Numbered from the stretch's first letter, positions 16,147 to 26,425 are shown. The stretch is DNA of 32,000 nucleotides from Erysipelotrichaceae bacterium OH741_COT-311 (GCA_003858585.1 RQZE01000010.1:30001-62000), one strand, 5' to 3'. Notes: generated by a model from the sequence alone, not told the origin. Made by a program: numbers and translations.

Positions 16147-17970
16147 TTAGATATCTTTAGATATTAATTTAAATTCTTTTCCACCACCACTGTAGTAGCG
16201 TGAAAACATTTCATAGTACTGTAAACGTAATGTTTGTATTCCAACAATCAAACCTTCTAAGCCAATTACAAATATATTCCCAATAATCATAACCAACAAA
16301 CCGGATTTACCTGTCATTTCCACTAAAGTCATCACCACAAGCATCATACCGGCATGAGACAATACAAAGCCCCCTACTCTTAAATATGACATCGAATTGG
16401 TAATATAACTCAAGAAGATTTCAAACACCTCAAAGATAGCTTCTGTAAAATAAGCACCCCAACCATGTTTTGGTCTAATAGCCTTACCTTCTACTAAATG
16501 AACCAGTGGTTCTTTCATTAAAAAGATAAGTGCCGGTATGCCTAAAAATAAAATCAAATTTAGTTTTGTAAAGGCTTGGTATTGAAACATAAACATACCA
16601 AGTAACCCATAGAATATATAACCATATAAGATAAACCCTGTAATACCATTGGGACTAAATAACAATTCTCCATAGGCTTTATGTTTAATATGCAGATACA
16701 TATTAATTAGCATACTAATTAAAATTAACACAGCTCCAATTAAGATGGCGGATGACAATAAAATCATTGTACTTGATCCATCCATAACATGAAACAATTT
16801 ATCTTTTACACCAAATAAAGCTTGATGTATTGGATTAAATAATTCTTCATTCCCAAAGAAAGACCCAAATAAGAATCCAAAGATCATCGATGCAATTCCA
16901 ACACGTGAAATGACGCCCGCTAACAACATCTTAGGATTTTTAAGTTCCAACAATGTCCCTAGCAAAAATAACACGAAACCTTGCCCAAAATCACCAAACA
17001 TAATTCCAAACAACAAGCAATAAGTTAAACACACAAACGTTGTAGGATCCATGTCCCAATAGCCCGGTAAGCCATACATATTAATAAAAATTTCAAATGG
17101 TCTTGTAAACCAATTATTCTTCAACTTTGTTGGAGGTTTTAAGTTTGAAACTTCATTGACATCCTTTTCTTGAAACACGACATCAATGTGCTGAAACAAT
17201 GCTTTATATGCACGAACATCTTGTTCACTGACAAAACCGGCTAAGACATAATTTCCATCGACTACACCAACATATTTATACAACTTCATTAAATCATAAC
17301 GATATTTCAAAAACGCAACCATATCATCCACCGCATCTGCATATTCAACTAATATACGATGCGTATCAATAATTGGTATCTTAATCTCTTCAAAATACAA
17401 ACTGTCAAAAATACGCTTAACTTCTTTTACAAACGTATTACTTGTCACATAAGCAACCCACGTATAGATATTTGACTTATGTAACTCTACCATTTCATAT
17501 TTACTTTGATCATGTAAATCTAATTTCTTCATACTTTCATTTGGCATACGACCAAAACCAAAAGTAACATAACGACATTGATTCATTGCTTCAAAGCCAA
17601 TTTCACGTAATTTCTCTAAAGCTACTCCATCATCCGCATTCAAACTAACCGCATCATTCACTTCACACACTGTTTTAAAAATACGTTCAAAATCAACTAA
17701 AAAGGCTTGAATTTCTTCTACTGTATATTTTTTAAACTGCTCTTTTGGTTTAATCTGATAACCTGCCATATGACATAGATTATGAATTTGATTCAATGTG
17801 TCATTGTATAAAGTATCTTCTACTAAAACAGTATCCCCATTTTCAACATCAATCCAATTGCTAGCTAACTCCCCATGTAAATAGTTGCTATTAGCACCCG
17901 TAATCAGCATCTCTTTATAATGGTTCTTATCTGCAATAGTTTGAATATATTTCATTTTTACTATCGACAT
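16147..17970 (-). CDS. ntpI: V/A-type ATPase subunit I (a)
   Basis: 607 aa with a soluble N-terminal half and a polytopic C-terminal half. LRLQYYE matches the conserved Arg-containing helix context of subunit a/I. Confidence 0.9.
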   Translation of the reverse strand: MSIVKMKYIQTIADKNHYKEMLITGANSNYLHGELASNWIDVENGDTVLVEDTLYNDTLNQIHNLCHMAGYQIKPKEQFKKYTVEEIQAFLVDFERIFKTVCEVNDAVSLNADDGVALEKLREIGFEAMNQCRYVTFGFGRMPNESMKKLDLHDQSKYEMVELHKSNIYTWVAYVTSNTFVKEVKRIFDSLYFEEIKIPIIDTHRILVEYADAVDDMVAFLKYRYDLMKLYKYVGVVDGNYVLAGFVSEQDVRAYKALFQHIDVVFQEKDVNEVSNLKPPTKLKNNWFTRPFEIFINMYGLPGYWDMDPTTFVCLTYCLLFGIMFGDFGQGFVLFLLGTLLELKNPKMLLAGVISRVGIASMIFGFLFGSFFGNEELFNPIHQALFGVKDKLFHVMDGSSTMILLSSAILIGAVLILISMLINMYLHIKHKAYGELLFSPNGITGFILYGYIFYGLLGMFMFQYQAFTKLNLILFLGIPALIFLMKEPLVHLVEGKAIRPKHGWGAYFTEAIFEVFEIFLSYITNSMSYLRVGGFVLSHAGMMLVVMTLVEMTGKSGLLVMIIGNIFVIGLEGLIVGIQTLRLQYYEMFSRYYSGGGKEFKLISKDI

Positions 17971-17981
17971 ATTAACCCTTC

Positions 17982-19019
17982 CTATATAAGTAACAACTTA
18001 AATATTTTATCTTGAGGCACCTTATAACGAACCCCTTCAATAATATCAATAATATTTTGTATTTCTACCTCAATTAACGCCAGATAAGCAATTAAAACCA
18101 AATCCGGATCATTCGAATACAATAAATTTTGACGATGATTATGATATAGAATTTGCTTCGATAACCACTCGATATCATCCACTCCACTTTTCTTAATAAA
18201 TTTACCATAATACGTATGTTTCAACGCTTCAATGAACTCTTCTAAATTACAATCATAAATAAACTTATGCAATAATTTATCATTAATGTGATAACGTGCC
18301 TTATTCATATATTTATTAATTTGACTAGGCGCTGTTTTAAAATACTTTTTTAAACGATAAATCTTATTGATATTTTCTAATTCCATCTGTAAGTGAAAAA
18401 TATCTCTCATTGCTTTAAAAGAAGCACTGTCCGGATTTTCTTTTAAAATATCAAAAATGGTTTGATAATAATATTCCTTTAAAATATGCTCACATTGTAC
18501 ATAATCTACATTTTCTTGTTCAACAAATAAATATCTTGATAACAATTTATTATAAGGTGTATGTTCAATCACTTTATGTAAATCTTGAAAACTACGTGCA
18601 TTAATAAGTTCTTTTAAATCAAAACTCATAGACTTCTCTAAAAATAATGGTAAACGAGAAATCATATCAAAGTTATCTTGAGATTGTATTACACGTATAC
18701 TTTCTAAAATTTGTTCTACTTCAGTTAAAACAATAAACCATCGATACGTTCCATGTTGATCTCCAAGTCCATATTTCAATAAACGATTAAAACGTTCAAA
18801 TAAATCTTGACGGATTAAATATTCCAATTTACCTCGATGAATCGATCCTTCATTAATACCATCCAAGACTTCTTGATAATACGTTTCTTTTTTTAAATAA
18901 CTTGCGATTTCAGGAATCGATTTTTTCGCTATTAATGCTTGATAATCCTCTAATTTTAAACGTTTTCCATACATCGCTTTCGCTTTTGAACTAATTGCAT
19001 AACTACTTTTATTAAGCAT
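17982..19019 (-). CDS. ntpC: V/A-type ATPase subunit C (eukaryotic d homologue)
   Basis: About 345 aa, all-helical. N-terminal SSKAKAMYGKRLKLEDYQALI is typical of NtpC/d. ATG 19019 lies 5 nt after GGTGA; GTG 19028 is an alternative start. Confidence 0.8.
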   Translation of the reverse strand: MLNKSSYAISSKAKAMYGKRLKLEDYQALIAKKSIPEIASYLKKETYYQEVLDGINEGSIHRGKLEYLIRQDLFERFNRLLKYGLGDQHGTYRWFIVLTEVEQILESIRVIQSQDNFDMISRLPLFLEKSMSFDLKELINARSFQDLHKVIEHTPYNKLLSRYLFVEQENVDYVQCEHILKEYYYQTIFDILKENPDSASFKAMRDIFHLQMELENINKIYRLKKYFKTAPSQINKYMNKARYHINDKLLHKFIYDCNLEEFIEALKHTYYGKFIKKSGVDDIEWLSKQILYHNHRQNLLYSNDPDLVLIAYLALIEVEIQNIIDIIEGVRYKVPQDKIFKLLLI

Positions 19020-19020
19020 A

Positions 19021-19338
19021 TTAATCACCTATACAACGCTTAAGGATCTCTTGTTTCCACTGTTCTTTATGTTCTTGATACATCGTATTCAATTTTATCA
19101 TACCTTGATTCAAATCAATGTTACAAACTTCAACGGATTCACTTACACGATAATCCAAAGCTTTTTTAGCATCCTCTACTTTTTGCTTAATCGTATCCCA
19201 ACTAGAATGATAGATTTTAGTTTTTTCATCTACGACTTGTTTCTTGGTATCCAACTTTAATTGATGAATATTTAATACTTCATTTTGTGTTTCTTGATCA
19301 TATTTAATGAACTCTTTAAATTCTTTTTCACTTATCAT
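19021..19338 (-). CDS. small charged coiled-coil protein, first gene of the V-ATPase operon (possible G/H-type stalk subunit)
   Basis: 105 aa, Lys/Glu/Gln-rich. Its stop lies 1 nt before the ntpC ATG. The position corresponds to the small stalk subunit that opens other bacterial V-ATPase operons. I did not recognise the sequence itself. Confidence 0.45.
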   Translation of the reverse strand: MISEKEFKEFIKYDQETQNEVLNIHQLKLDTKKQVVDEKTKIYHSSWDTIKQKVEDAKKALDYRVSESVEVCNIDLNQGMIKLNTMYQEHKEQWKQEILKRCIGD

Positions 19339-19368
19339 AAAAACACCCCTATTCTACTTAACTATAAC

Positions 19369-19397
19369 ATAATACTCCTATTTATCATGAAATTCAA
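19369..19397 (-). promoter_or_regulatory. candidate V-ATPase operon promoter (TTGAAT-N17-TATTAT)
   Basis: Minus-strand hexamers at 19397-19392 and 19374-19369, directly downstream of the PTS-2 terminator and about 30 nt upstream of ATG 19338. Confidence 0.5.
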
Positions 19398-19404
19398 ATA
19401 TTTA

Positions 19405-19441
19405 CGTAAAAAAAGCTTTTATCTTAAGGATAAAAGCTTCT
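19405..19441 (-). terminator. intrinsic terminator after PTS set 2
   Basis: The minus strand reads AAGCTTTTATC-CTTAA-GATAAAAGCTT followed by TTTTTTT, starting 6 nt after the IID-2 stop. Confidence 0.8.
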
Positions 19442-19446
19442 TTTCA

Positions 19447-20241
19447 CTATAATAGATTCATATAAGAACAGATAATGGCAAGTATTATCGTTGCGATAAT
19501 CAAAACCACTGGACTGATTTGCTTTTTCTTTAACAGATAAAACATCAGTAATGTATAAGCCATAGGCAATAATTTTGGAAATATCGTATCAAAGAAAGCT
19601 GTTTGAATGCTTACTTCAATACCTCCTGCCACTTGAATAACCGGTAGTAATTCAATGCTTACATAGGTAGCAATCAATGCACCAATCACGGTAATACCAA
19701 GTATGGTTGCAGAGTTAGAAATAATATCCGAATTATCTTTTAAAATTTCAAAAGATTTTGTACCTAAGGTATAACCCATGTGTGTCCATACAATACGTAA
19801 AATCCAAATGGCAACATAAGATGCCACAAAAATGATTGGACCAATGATTAACCCTTCAGAAGCAAACGAACAAGAAATACCGGCTATGATTGGTAAAAAC
19901 GTGAACCAGAAAATGGCATCTCCAATTCCGGCAATTGGTCCAAATAAAGCTAATTTTAACCCTTTAATCAAATTACGATCTTCATGATTTTCTTCTAAAG
20001 AAATTAATAAGCCCATTAAGAATCCGACTAAATTCGGATGGGTATTAATAAACTCCAAGTTATCAACCATGGCTGATGACAAAGCACTGGAATCCTGTTT
20101 ATAAATCTTTTTTAAAGCAGGAAGTTGTGCCCAAAGCCAACCACCGGCTTGCATACGTTCATAGTTAAACGATGCCTGTAATAAGGATGATCGAATACCA
20201 AGCATCGTAACATCTTTTTTCGTTAACACTTTAGATGCCAT
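19447..20241 (-). CDS. PTS mannose-family EIID component (set 2)
   Basis: LQASFNYERMQAGGWLW and NTHP motifs are present. Start at ATG 20241 (MASKV) after GGAGGA, overlapping the IIC-2 stop by 11 nt. Confidence 0.9.
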   Translation of the reverse strand: MASKVLTKKDVTMLGIRSSLLQASFNYERMQAGGWLWAQLPALKKIYKQDSSALSSAMVDNLEFINTHPNLVGFLMGLLISLEENHEDRNLIKGLKLALFGPIAGIGDAIFWFTFLPIIAGISCSFASEGLIIGPIIFVASYVAIWILRIVWTHMGYTLGTKSFEILKDNSDIISNSATILGITVIGALIATYVSIELLPVIQVAGGIEVSIQTAFFDTIFPKLLPMAYTLLMFYLLKKKQISPVVLIIATIILAIICSYMNLL

Positions 20242-21037
20242 CTTGATTTCCTCCATGCGTATTTATATTTGTTCTTGCTAATGCTTCTTGTAGTTCATAC
20301 TTACGTTGTTTTGCGTTAAAGAAATCATACGCAGCAAATGCAAAACCAACCAATGCAACCGGTAATAAATTTGACATTGGAATAAAGTTTGCCATCAAGA
20401 AACCAACGATGAAATATGGAATATATTTTGCTTTCATCATAACTCTTAACAACATTCCAAATCCTATAGCTGGTAAAATTCCTCCAGCCACTTCTAAGCC
20501 ATGAATTAATTTTTCTGGCATTGAATTCACCAGATTTGCCATCGCATCTTGTGCAAGATACGTACATGCAAATACAATCACTCCATAACTAACTGCAACA
20601 ATCAACGTTGTAATTACATTGATTTTACCAATCGCATTTGGATTTGCTTCTAATGCTGCTTTATCGGCCTTAGCCATAAAGAAAGAAAAAGCAGAATAGT
20701 AAAATAAAATAACATATTGCATTAGAAATGAAAATGGTAAACATAATCCCAATGCCGCCTTTGCATCTACATTAGCGGTATAGGCAATCACGGTAGACAT
20801 AAACCCTGCGAGCACCGGATTTGGTGGTTGTGTTCCTCCAGCCGGAGTTAAACCAGCAAATGCTAATTCTGTCAATGCTCCTGTTGTTAGACCTAATTTA
20901 ACATCATTAAGGATAATTCCTGTAATTGTAGAAACGACTAATGGTCTAAAAATAAAGAACGCTTCTAACCAATAGTCTACCCCAATGATAATGGCTGCAA
21001 TCGATAACAATAATCCTTGTATTAATGTTATTTGCAT
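20231..21037 (-). CDS. PTS mannose-family EIIC component (set 2)
   Basis: 268-aa polytopic protein with the GGTQPPN motif. Confidence 0.9.
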   Translation of the reverse strand: MQITLIQGLLLSIAAIIIGVDYWLEAFFIFRPLVVSTITGIILNDVKLGLTTGALTELAFAGLTPAGGTQPPNPVLAGFMSTVIAYTANVDAKAALGLCLPFSFLMQYVILFYYSAFSFFMAKADKAALEANPNAIGKINVITTLIVAVSYGVIVFACTYLAQDAMANLVNSMPEKLIHGLEVAGGILPAIGFGMLLRVMMKAKYIPYFIVGFLMANFIPMSNLLPVALVGFAFAAYDFFNAKQRKYELQEALARTNINTHGGNQDGI

Positions 21038-21054
21038 AGTATTATGTTCTCCTT

Positions 21055-21525
21055 TTATTTAATTGTTGAAATTGTATCTCCAGGAATGTCTTGACAATAT
21101 ACATGAACACCAAAAGAAGCTATGAACTTTAAATCCTCCATATCTTGATCATCTACATATACTTTCTTTGTAAATGGCTTCTTTCCTTGGGAAAAATGCA
21201 TATTGCCTACGTTTAAAGCTTTGAATCGAACGCCAAGTTCAATCAGTTTGCGTGCTACTTGAGGTGTTTTAACAATCAAAAATATTTTTTGATCACTTGA
21301 TGCACGACTGATAACACTTGCAGTATGCTCTATAGTAAAGAAACGTATACCAGCACCACTTGACTTTGCAACAAACGACATCAAAGATTGCTGTAAAGAA
21401 TCTTTTGCAGCATCATCGTCGCAAACAACGATTAAATTTGCACCAATTGTTTTTGTCCAAGTTACCCCCACTTGACCATGCACAAGTCGATTATCAATTC
21501 GTGCTAGAAGTATATTATCTTGCAT
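21055..21525 (-). CDS. PTS mannose-family EIIB component (set 2)
   Basis: 156 aa. LARIDNRLVHGQVGVTW is the EIIB-Man motif. AGGAGG RBS. Confidence 0.9.
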   Translation of the reverse strand: MQDNILLARIDNRLVHGQVGVTWTKTIGANLIVVCDDDAAKDSLQQSLMSFVAKSSGAGIRFFTIEHTASVISRASSDQKIFLIVKTPQVARKLIELGVRFKALNVGNMHFSQGKKPFTKKVYVDDQDMEDLKFIASFGVHVYCQDIPGDTISTIK

Positions 21526-21636
21526 CTATTCACCTCCTAACTTAATTTCATTATAACAAATTAATGCTTACTTGAATCATTTTTAGTATAATATATATTA
21601 AATTAGACAATTCATCAAATCACAAAGGAGTTCTTT

Positions 21637-21924
21637 ATGAAAAACATATATGATAAACAAACCATTATTTACATTGTTCTTATCGTTTTACTTACAATGC
21701 TACGCTCTAGCTTTACACCAAATAAACTTCTGACAGCCATTAACACCTTAACAATAATTGCATTAATTCTAGGTGTAATTGGTCTATTTAAGCACATGGC
21801 TGATCAAGGAGACTTCAGATTATTAAAAGTAATGCCAAGTGAAAATAAAAAGAATCGCTTACTACCAACATCCATAACTATTGCTATTCTAGCTATCCTC
21901 TTAAATCTTCTATATAACATGTAA
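21637..21924 (+). CDS. small hypothetical membrane protein (3 predicted TM)
   Basis: 95-aa ORF with an AAGGAG RBS 7 nt upstream and three hydrophobic segments, followed by a strong hairpin. Family uncertain. Confidence 0.5.
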   Translation: MKNIYDKQTIIYIVLIVLLTMLRSSFTPNKLLTAINTLTIIALILGVIGLFKHMADQGDFRLLKVMPSENKKNRLLPTSITIAILAILLNLLYNM

Positions 21925-21927
21925 AAA

Positions 21928-21955
21928 AATAGTGTGTAAAATTACACACTATTTT
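21928..21955. terminator. bidirectional intrinsic terminator
   Basis: AATAGTGTGTAA-AA-TTACACACTATT is flanked by an A-run and a T-run. It lies between the convergent small membrane gene and oppF and overlaps the oppF stop. Confidence 0.7.
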
Positions 21956-22881
21956 AACTCTAAACGATATTTTTCTAATTCTGCTTGATTTGCCCAAATA
22001 AAGTGTCCAGGTTTAATTTCATGAAAACTTGGTTTATCAACCGAATAATCATGTACACTTTCATCGTATACAATTAATTCTTTACTTTTTTCAATTTCTG
22101 GGTCTGGAAGAGGAACCGCTGAAAGTAATGACTTTGTATATGGATGTAAACTATTATTAAATAACTCTTCCGTTTCAGCCAACTCAACAATACGTCCTTT
22201 ATGAATAACCGCAATACGATCTGAAATAAAACGAACAACCGATAAATCATGCGCAACAAAGACAACCGTTAGATTTCTTTCTTTTTGGAATTTCTTTAAT
22301 AAATTTAATACTTGAGCACGAATCGAAACATCCAAGGCCGAAATAGGCTCATCCGCAATTAATAACTTCGGTTCCATAATCATTGCACGTGCAATACCAA
22401 CGCGTTGACGTTGTCCACCCGAAAACTCATGTGGATATCTTGATTTATGCTCAGGAAGTAATCCAACATCACTCAAGGCTTGATCAACCTTAGCCTTACG
22501 ATCTTCTTCATTTTTATATAATTTAAAATTATATAAACCTTCTGAAATAATATAATCAATGGTCGCTCTTTCATTTAAAGAAGCAGCTGGATCTTGGAAT
22601 ACCATTTGAATATTTTTAATAACCCACTGATCCATTTCTTTGCTTAGTTTTCCACTAATCTTTTTATCATCATAAATAATCTCTCCACTACTCAATGGAT
22701 TAATTCTTACAATCGCACGACCAATCGTTGTTTTACCTGAACCAGATTCTCCAACAATCGCAAAGGTTTCTCCTTCAAACACATTGAAATTTACATTCTT
22801 TACAGCTGTAAATGTTTTTTTACCAGAACCAAAGGTAATGGATAAGTCTTTGACTTCAAGAATTACTTTTTTATCATCCAT
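21949..22881 (-). CDS. oppF: oligopeptide ABC transporter ATP-binding protein (OppF/AmiF-like)
   Basis: 310 aa. Walker [10 protein letters not shown], signature FSGGQRQR, Walker B LLIADEP. Confidence 0.9.
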   Translation of the reverse strand: MDDKKVILEVKDLSITFGSGKKTFTAVKNVNFNVFEGETFAIVGESGSGKTTIGRAIVRINPLSSGEIIYDDKKISGKLSKEMDQWVIKNIQMVFQDPAASLNERATIDYIISEGLYNFKLYKNEEDRKAKVDQALSDVGLLPEHKSRYPHEFSGGQRQRVGIARAMIMEPKLLIADEPISALDVSIRAQVLNLLKKFQKERNLTVVFVAHDLSVVRFISDRIAVIHKGRIVELAETEELFNNSLHPYTKSLLSAVPLPDPEIEKSKELIVYDESVHDYSVDKPSFHEIKPGHFIWANQAELEKYRLELK

Positions 22882-23939
22882 TAATTTTGACCTCCATTTA
22901 CTACTTCTAATAATTTTTCATGCAAGTTTTTAATGGCATCCGGTAACTCAACCTTTGGAGCACGCGGATCCAATAGCCATGTTTTGGCAAAATGCGTTAA
23001 GCTAATCCCAAACATCGGTGGTTCTTGTTCAAAATCAATTTTCATCGCATAGGGATTACGAGGTGCAAACGCATCTCCAATTACTTCACTAAATAATGAT
23101 GGAGGCGTTCCTGGAATCGCAAATAGATCTTCACCTTTTTTACCGATTTGTGGTAAAGCTGATAATAATGCCCAAGTATAAGGATGCGCCGGACGATAGA
23201 AAATATCTTCTACTGTACCATACTCTACAATTTGCCCTGCATACATAACCGCAACACGATCGGCAACATTGGCAACAACCCCTAAATCATGTGTAATAAA
23301 AATAATTGTAAAACCATACTCTTTTTGTAAATCTTTAATTAATTTCAAAATTTGTGCTTGAATCGTTACATCCAACGCTGTAGTAGGTTCATCACAAATC
23401 AAGATATTTGGCTTACACGCTAAAGCAATCGCAATAACAATTCTTTGACGCATTCCACCAGAATATTGGAATGGATACTCATCAAAACGATTTTCCGGAT
23501 TAATAATTCCTACTTTACGCATCAAGTCAATCGCTTCTTGTTTCGCTTCTTGTTTATTCTTACCTTGATGTTTCATAATGACTTCACTAATTTGATATCC
23601 AATCGTACGAACCGGATTTAACGACGTCATTGGATCTTGAAAGATAGTAGAAATCTTGCGTCCACGAATCTTTTCCCATTCTTTATCTGTTTTAATATCA
23701 GTTAATACAGTACCATCGTATACAATCTTCCCGTTACTTACAGAACCATTACTTTCTAACATACCTGTAAATGTTTTTGTAAATACAGATTTCCCAGATC
23801 CCGACTCACCAACAATCGCAATGGTTTCTCCCTCATAAATATCTAAGGAAACATTACGAATAGCTGTTAATGTTTTTGATCTAACTTGGAATTTTACCTC
23901 AACATCTGTTGCAGATAATATAATTTTTCTCTCACTCAT
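22881..23939 (-). CDS. oppD: oligopeptide ABC transporter ATP-binding protein (OppD/AmiE-like)
   Basis: 352 aa. [29 protein letters not shown], and a C-terminal oligopeptide-type extension. Confidence 0.9.
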   Translation of the reverse strand: MSERKIILSATDVEVKFQVRSKTLTAIRNVSLDIYEGETIAIVGESGSGKSVFTKTFTGMLESNGSVSNGKIVYDGTVLTDIKTDKEWEKIRGRKISTIFQDPMTSLNPVRTIGYQISEVIMKHQGKNKQEAKQEAIDLMRKVGIINPENRFDEYPFQYSGGMRQRIVIAIALACKPNILICDEPTTALDVTIQAQILKLIKDLQKEYGFTIIFITHDLGVVANVADRVAVMYAGQIVEYGTVEDIFYRPAHPYTWALLSALPQIGKKGEDLFAIPGTPPSLFSEVIGDAFAPRNPYAMKIDFEQEPPMFGISLTHFAKTWLLDPRAPKVELPDAIKNLHEKLLEVVNGGQN

Positions 23940-23950
23940 TGTTATTCCTC

Positions 23951-24871
23951 CTAGACCATATGTGTACGTGGATCACTTGCATCCGCTAATGTTTGTCCTA
24001 CAATATAAAAGGAAACAGAAATAAAGGCGCTTATACAAACCGGAATCCAAAATAAATAAGATGCAGACTGTAAATATACAGAATACTTTTGAATCATACC
24101 ACCAAGAGAGGCTTCTTTTTGCGATAATCCAACACCAATAAAAGATAAGAACACTTCATAAGAAATGAATAAAGGTACATCACGTGAAATTGCAGTTACA
24201 ATAACTGAAACTAAATATGGAAGTACATTTTGTTTTAAAATACGATGTGTTGGTGTACCAAGACATCTTGATGCTAAATTGTATTCTCTATCACGAATAA
24301 TCATAACTTGTACACGAATGAAATAAGCGGTACCAAGCCATGAAGTAACAGATAAAGCAAAGATGAGCTGTGCCATCCCTTGACCAAATGTATACATCAA
24401 CACCATAACTAATAAAGTAAAAGGAATATTTGCAAATACATTATAAATTTGAATCATAATTTGATCCATTTTTTTGGAATAACCCCAGAACATACCTACG
24501 ATAACTCCCAATACTGTTGTAATTGCAGTTGCAATTAAAGAAATTATTAAGGAATTTTTTGTACCTGCCCAAACCGCATCAAACAAAGAATTGCCAACAT
24601 CATCCGTACCAAACCAATAAGTTGCATTAGGTCGAATATATTTCATAGTGCGATCATTAATATGTGGCATAATTGTTGGATTGTACTTAGAAAATATTGG
24701 TTGAATAAATGCAATTAATAATACAGAGAAAGCAACGATCAACATAAAGATGGCAAGCTTAGAACTAAAAAACTTACGAAATACACTTTTCCAATAAGAG
24801 TATTGAGGAGAAGCGATATGTTCAGATGCACTTTCTTCAAGTTGCACGAATGTAAACTTGTTATCTGACAT
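23951..24871 (-). CDS. oppC: oligopeptide ABC transporter permease (OppC/AmiD-like)
   Basis: 306-aa polytopic protein of the BPD-transporter permease type. Position in the operon supports the call. Confidence 0.85.
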   Translation of the reverse strand: MSDNKFTFVQLEESASEHIASPQYSYWKSVFRKFFSSKLAIFMLIVAFSVLLIAFIQPIFSKYNPTIMPHINDRTMKYIRPNATYWFGTDDVGNSLFDAVWAGTKNSLIISLIATAITTVLGVIVGMFWGYSKKMDQIMIQIYNVFANIPFTLLVMVLMYTFGQGMAQLIFALSVTSWLGTAYFIRVQVMIIRDREYNLASRCLGTPTHRILKQNVLPYLVSVIVTAISRDVPLFISYEVFLSFIGVGLSQKEASLGGMIQKYSVYLQSASYLFWIPVCISAFISVSFYIVGQTLADASDPRTHMV

Positions 24872-26349
24872 TAACGTGTACCTCCTTTTGTACTTAATTG
24901 AATACGTGGATCAATAAAAATCATTAATAAATCACCAAATAATAAAGAGAAAATTGACAACGATGTAAAAATAAACGTCAATGTAATAACCATGTTGTTA
25001 TTATAAGACTTAATTGCATCCGGTAGCATTTTACCCATACCCGGAATCGCAAATACAGACTCTGTGATAACCGAACCAGAAATCGCTAAGATAATCGAAG
25101 CCGGAATACCATTTACAATTGGTAAAATTGCATTTTTAAGAATGTGACGATTAAAAATTTCACGTTGTGATAACCCTTTTGCTTTAGCAAACTTAACATA
25201 ATCCGCATTCGATTGGTCTACCATATAACGACGAATCCAAGTCATTAATCCCGCTGTTTGTAATAACGCTAAAATTAAAATTGGTAGAATATACGACTTA
25301 ATATTTCCATATCCTAATTGAGGGAACTTATCTGGCAAACCAAAGCCTTGTCCAAGTAATTTCACAAAATAAATAAATGCTAATGAAGGAACCGCAATTA
25401 AGAAATTGATATATGCAATCCCAACTTTATCTTGCCACTTTCCTTTTTTACGCGCCATGTACATACCTGCCGGCAATGCAATTAAATACGATAAAAGAAT
25501 CGAAAGTATACCAAACATATATGAAGTTGAAATCATAGATGGTGAATCATAATTTGACTGACAATTTGCATAATTATTATTAAATTTATTTTTATCTAAA
25601 TGATCTAATGTAGAACTTGCTTTATACTTACAAGTATGCAAATCGACTGCACTTTTACTCACATTTCCGCTTGGAAACTTCACCTGTTTATTTACCGTTT
25701 TACCTTGACCTGTAGAAATAACATCAATAGTAGGAATCCCTTGACTGGTTGGAAATGAATGGCCAAAATCTAGTCTAAAGATATTTTGATGAATAAATGG
25801 AAACTTTCCGTCAACATAGAGTTGATACTGATACTCGCATCCTGAACACATGATTGCCGGTAAATTATTGTGGTCTAAACCAATGCTATACCCACGTTTT
25901 AAATCCTTGTTATCTTCATCCTTAACAAATGTTGGATTATCAATTTTAATCAGCCTTGAATAAAATTTTGAAATCAATTCCAACGCTGTATAATCTCTTG
26001 ATGCAAACGGAGTACCATCATTTAAGTATTGAATGGTATATCCCTTATCTTTATAAAGACTAACTACTCGATTATTTTCATCACTACCTGTAATCATACA
26101 CGAACCAAAATCCTTTGATTCTTCTTTACACATAGCACTCATTTGTTCAAAATCTAAATACCCTAAATCTTCCCACTTGTTATATGCGTATATTGTTCTT
26201 TTATCACCTGATAATTTTTTTATTGTCGCATCTTGTTCAAAAACTAAAGTCCTTGAAATCATAGTAAAAAGCATAACAATCGCAATGGAAACGACTAAAA
26301 GGATAGCTAATATTGATCGAATTACACGATTAATGATATATTTTTTCAT
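24871..26349 (-). CDS. oppB: oligopeptide ABC transporter permease with about 250-aa extracytoplasmic insertion (OppB/AmiC-like)
   Basis: 492 aa: TM1, a long polar loop, then the canonical OppB core (EAA-like AKAKGLSQREIFNRHILKNA). Subunit sizes 658/492/306/352/310 mirror streptococcal AmiACDEF as I recall it. Confidence 0.85.
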   Translation of the reverse strand: MKKYIINRVIRSILAILLVVSIAIVMLFTMISRTLVFEQDATIKKLSGDKRTIYAYNKWEDLGYLDFEQMSAMCKEESKDFGSCMITGSDENNRVVSLYKDKGYTIQYLNDGTPFASRDYTALELISKFYSRLIKIDNPTFVKDEDNKDLKRGYSIGLDHNNLPAIMCSGCEYQYQLYVDGKFPFIHQNIFRLDFGHSFPTSQGIPTIDVISTGQGKTVNKQVKFPSGNVSKSAVDLHTCKYKASSTLDHLDKNKFNNNYANCQSNYDSPSMISTSYMFGILSILLSYLIALPAGMYMARKKGKWQDKVGIAYINFLIAVPSLAFIYFVKLLGQGFGLPDKFPQLGYGNIKSYILPILILALLQTAGLMTWIRRYMVDQSNADYVKFAKAKGLSQREIFNRHILKNAILPIVNGIPASIILAISGSVITESVFAIPGMGKMLPDAIKSYNNNMVITLTFIFTSLSIFSLLFGDLLMIFIDPRIQLSTKGGTR

Positions 26350-26378
26350 AATATTATTTGCCTCCTTAAACGCAAAAT

Positions 26379-26414
26379 AGGAGATTGGAAACTCAAGAAG
26401 TTTCCAATCCTCCT
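26379..26414 (-). other. intercistronic stem-loop between oppA and oppB (partial terminator or mRNA-stabilising hairpin)
   Basis: AGGAGATTGGAAACT-CAAGA-AGTTTCCAATCCTCCT is an imperfect 15-bp stem, with only a short U-run on the minus strand. This is a common arrangement giving excess OppA. Confidence 0.55.
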
Positions 26415-26425
26415 TAATAATTATT

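Noticed and set aside
20325-20567. 80-aa minus-strand ORF in an alternative frame inside EIIC set 2
   Set aside because: Same-strand out-of-frame ORF within a conserved membrane-protein gene. It has no RBS and a Cys/Trp/Arg-rich composition atypical for this AT-rich genome.
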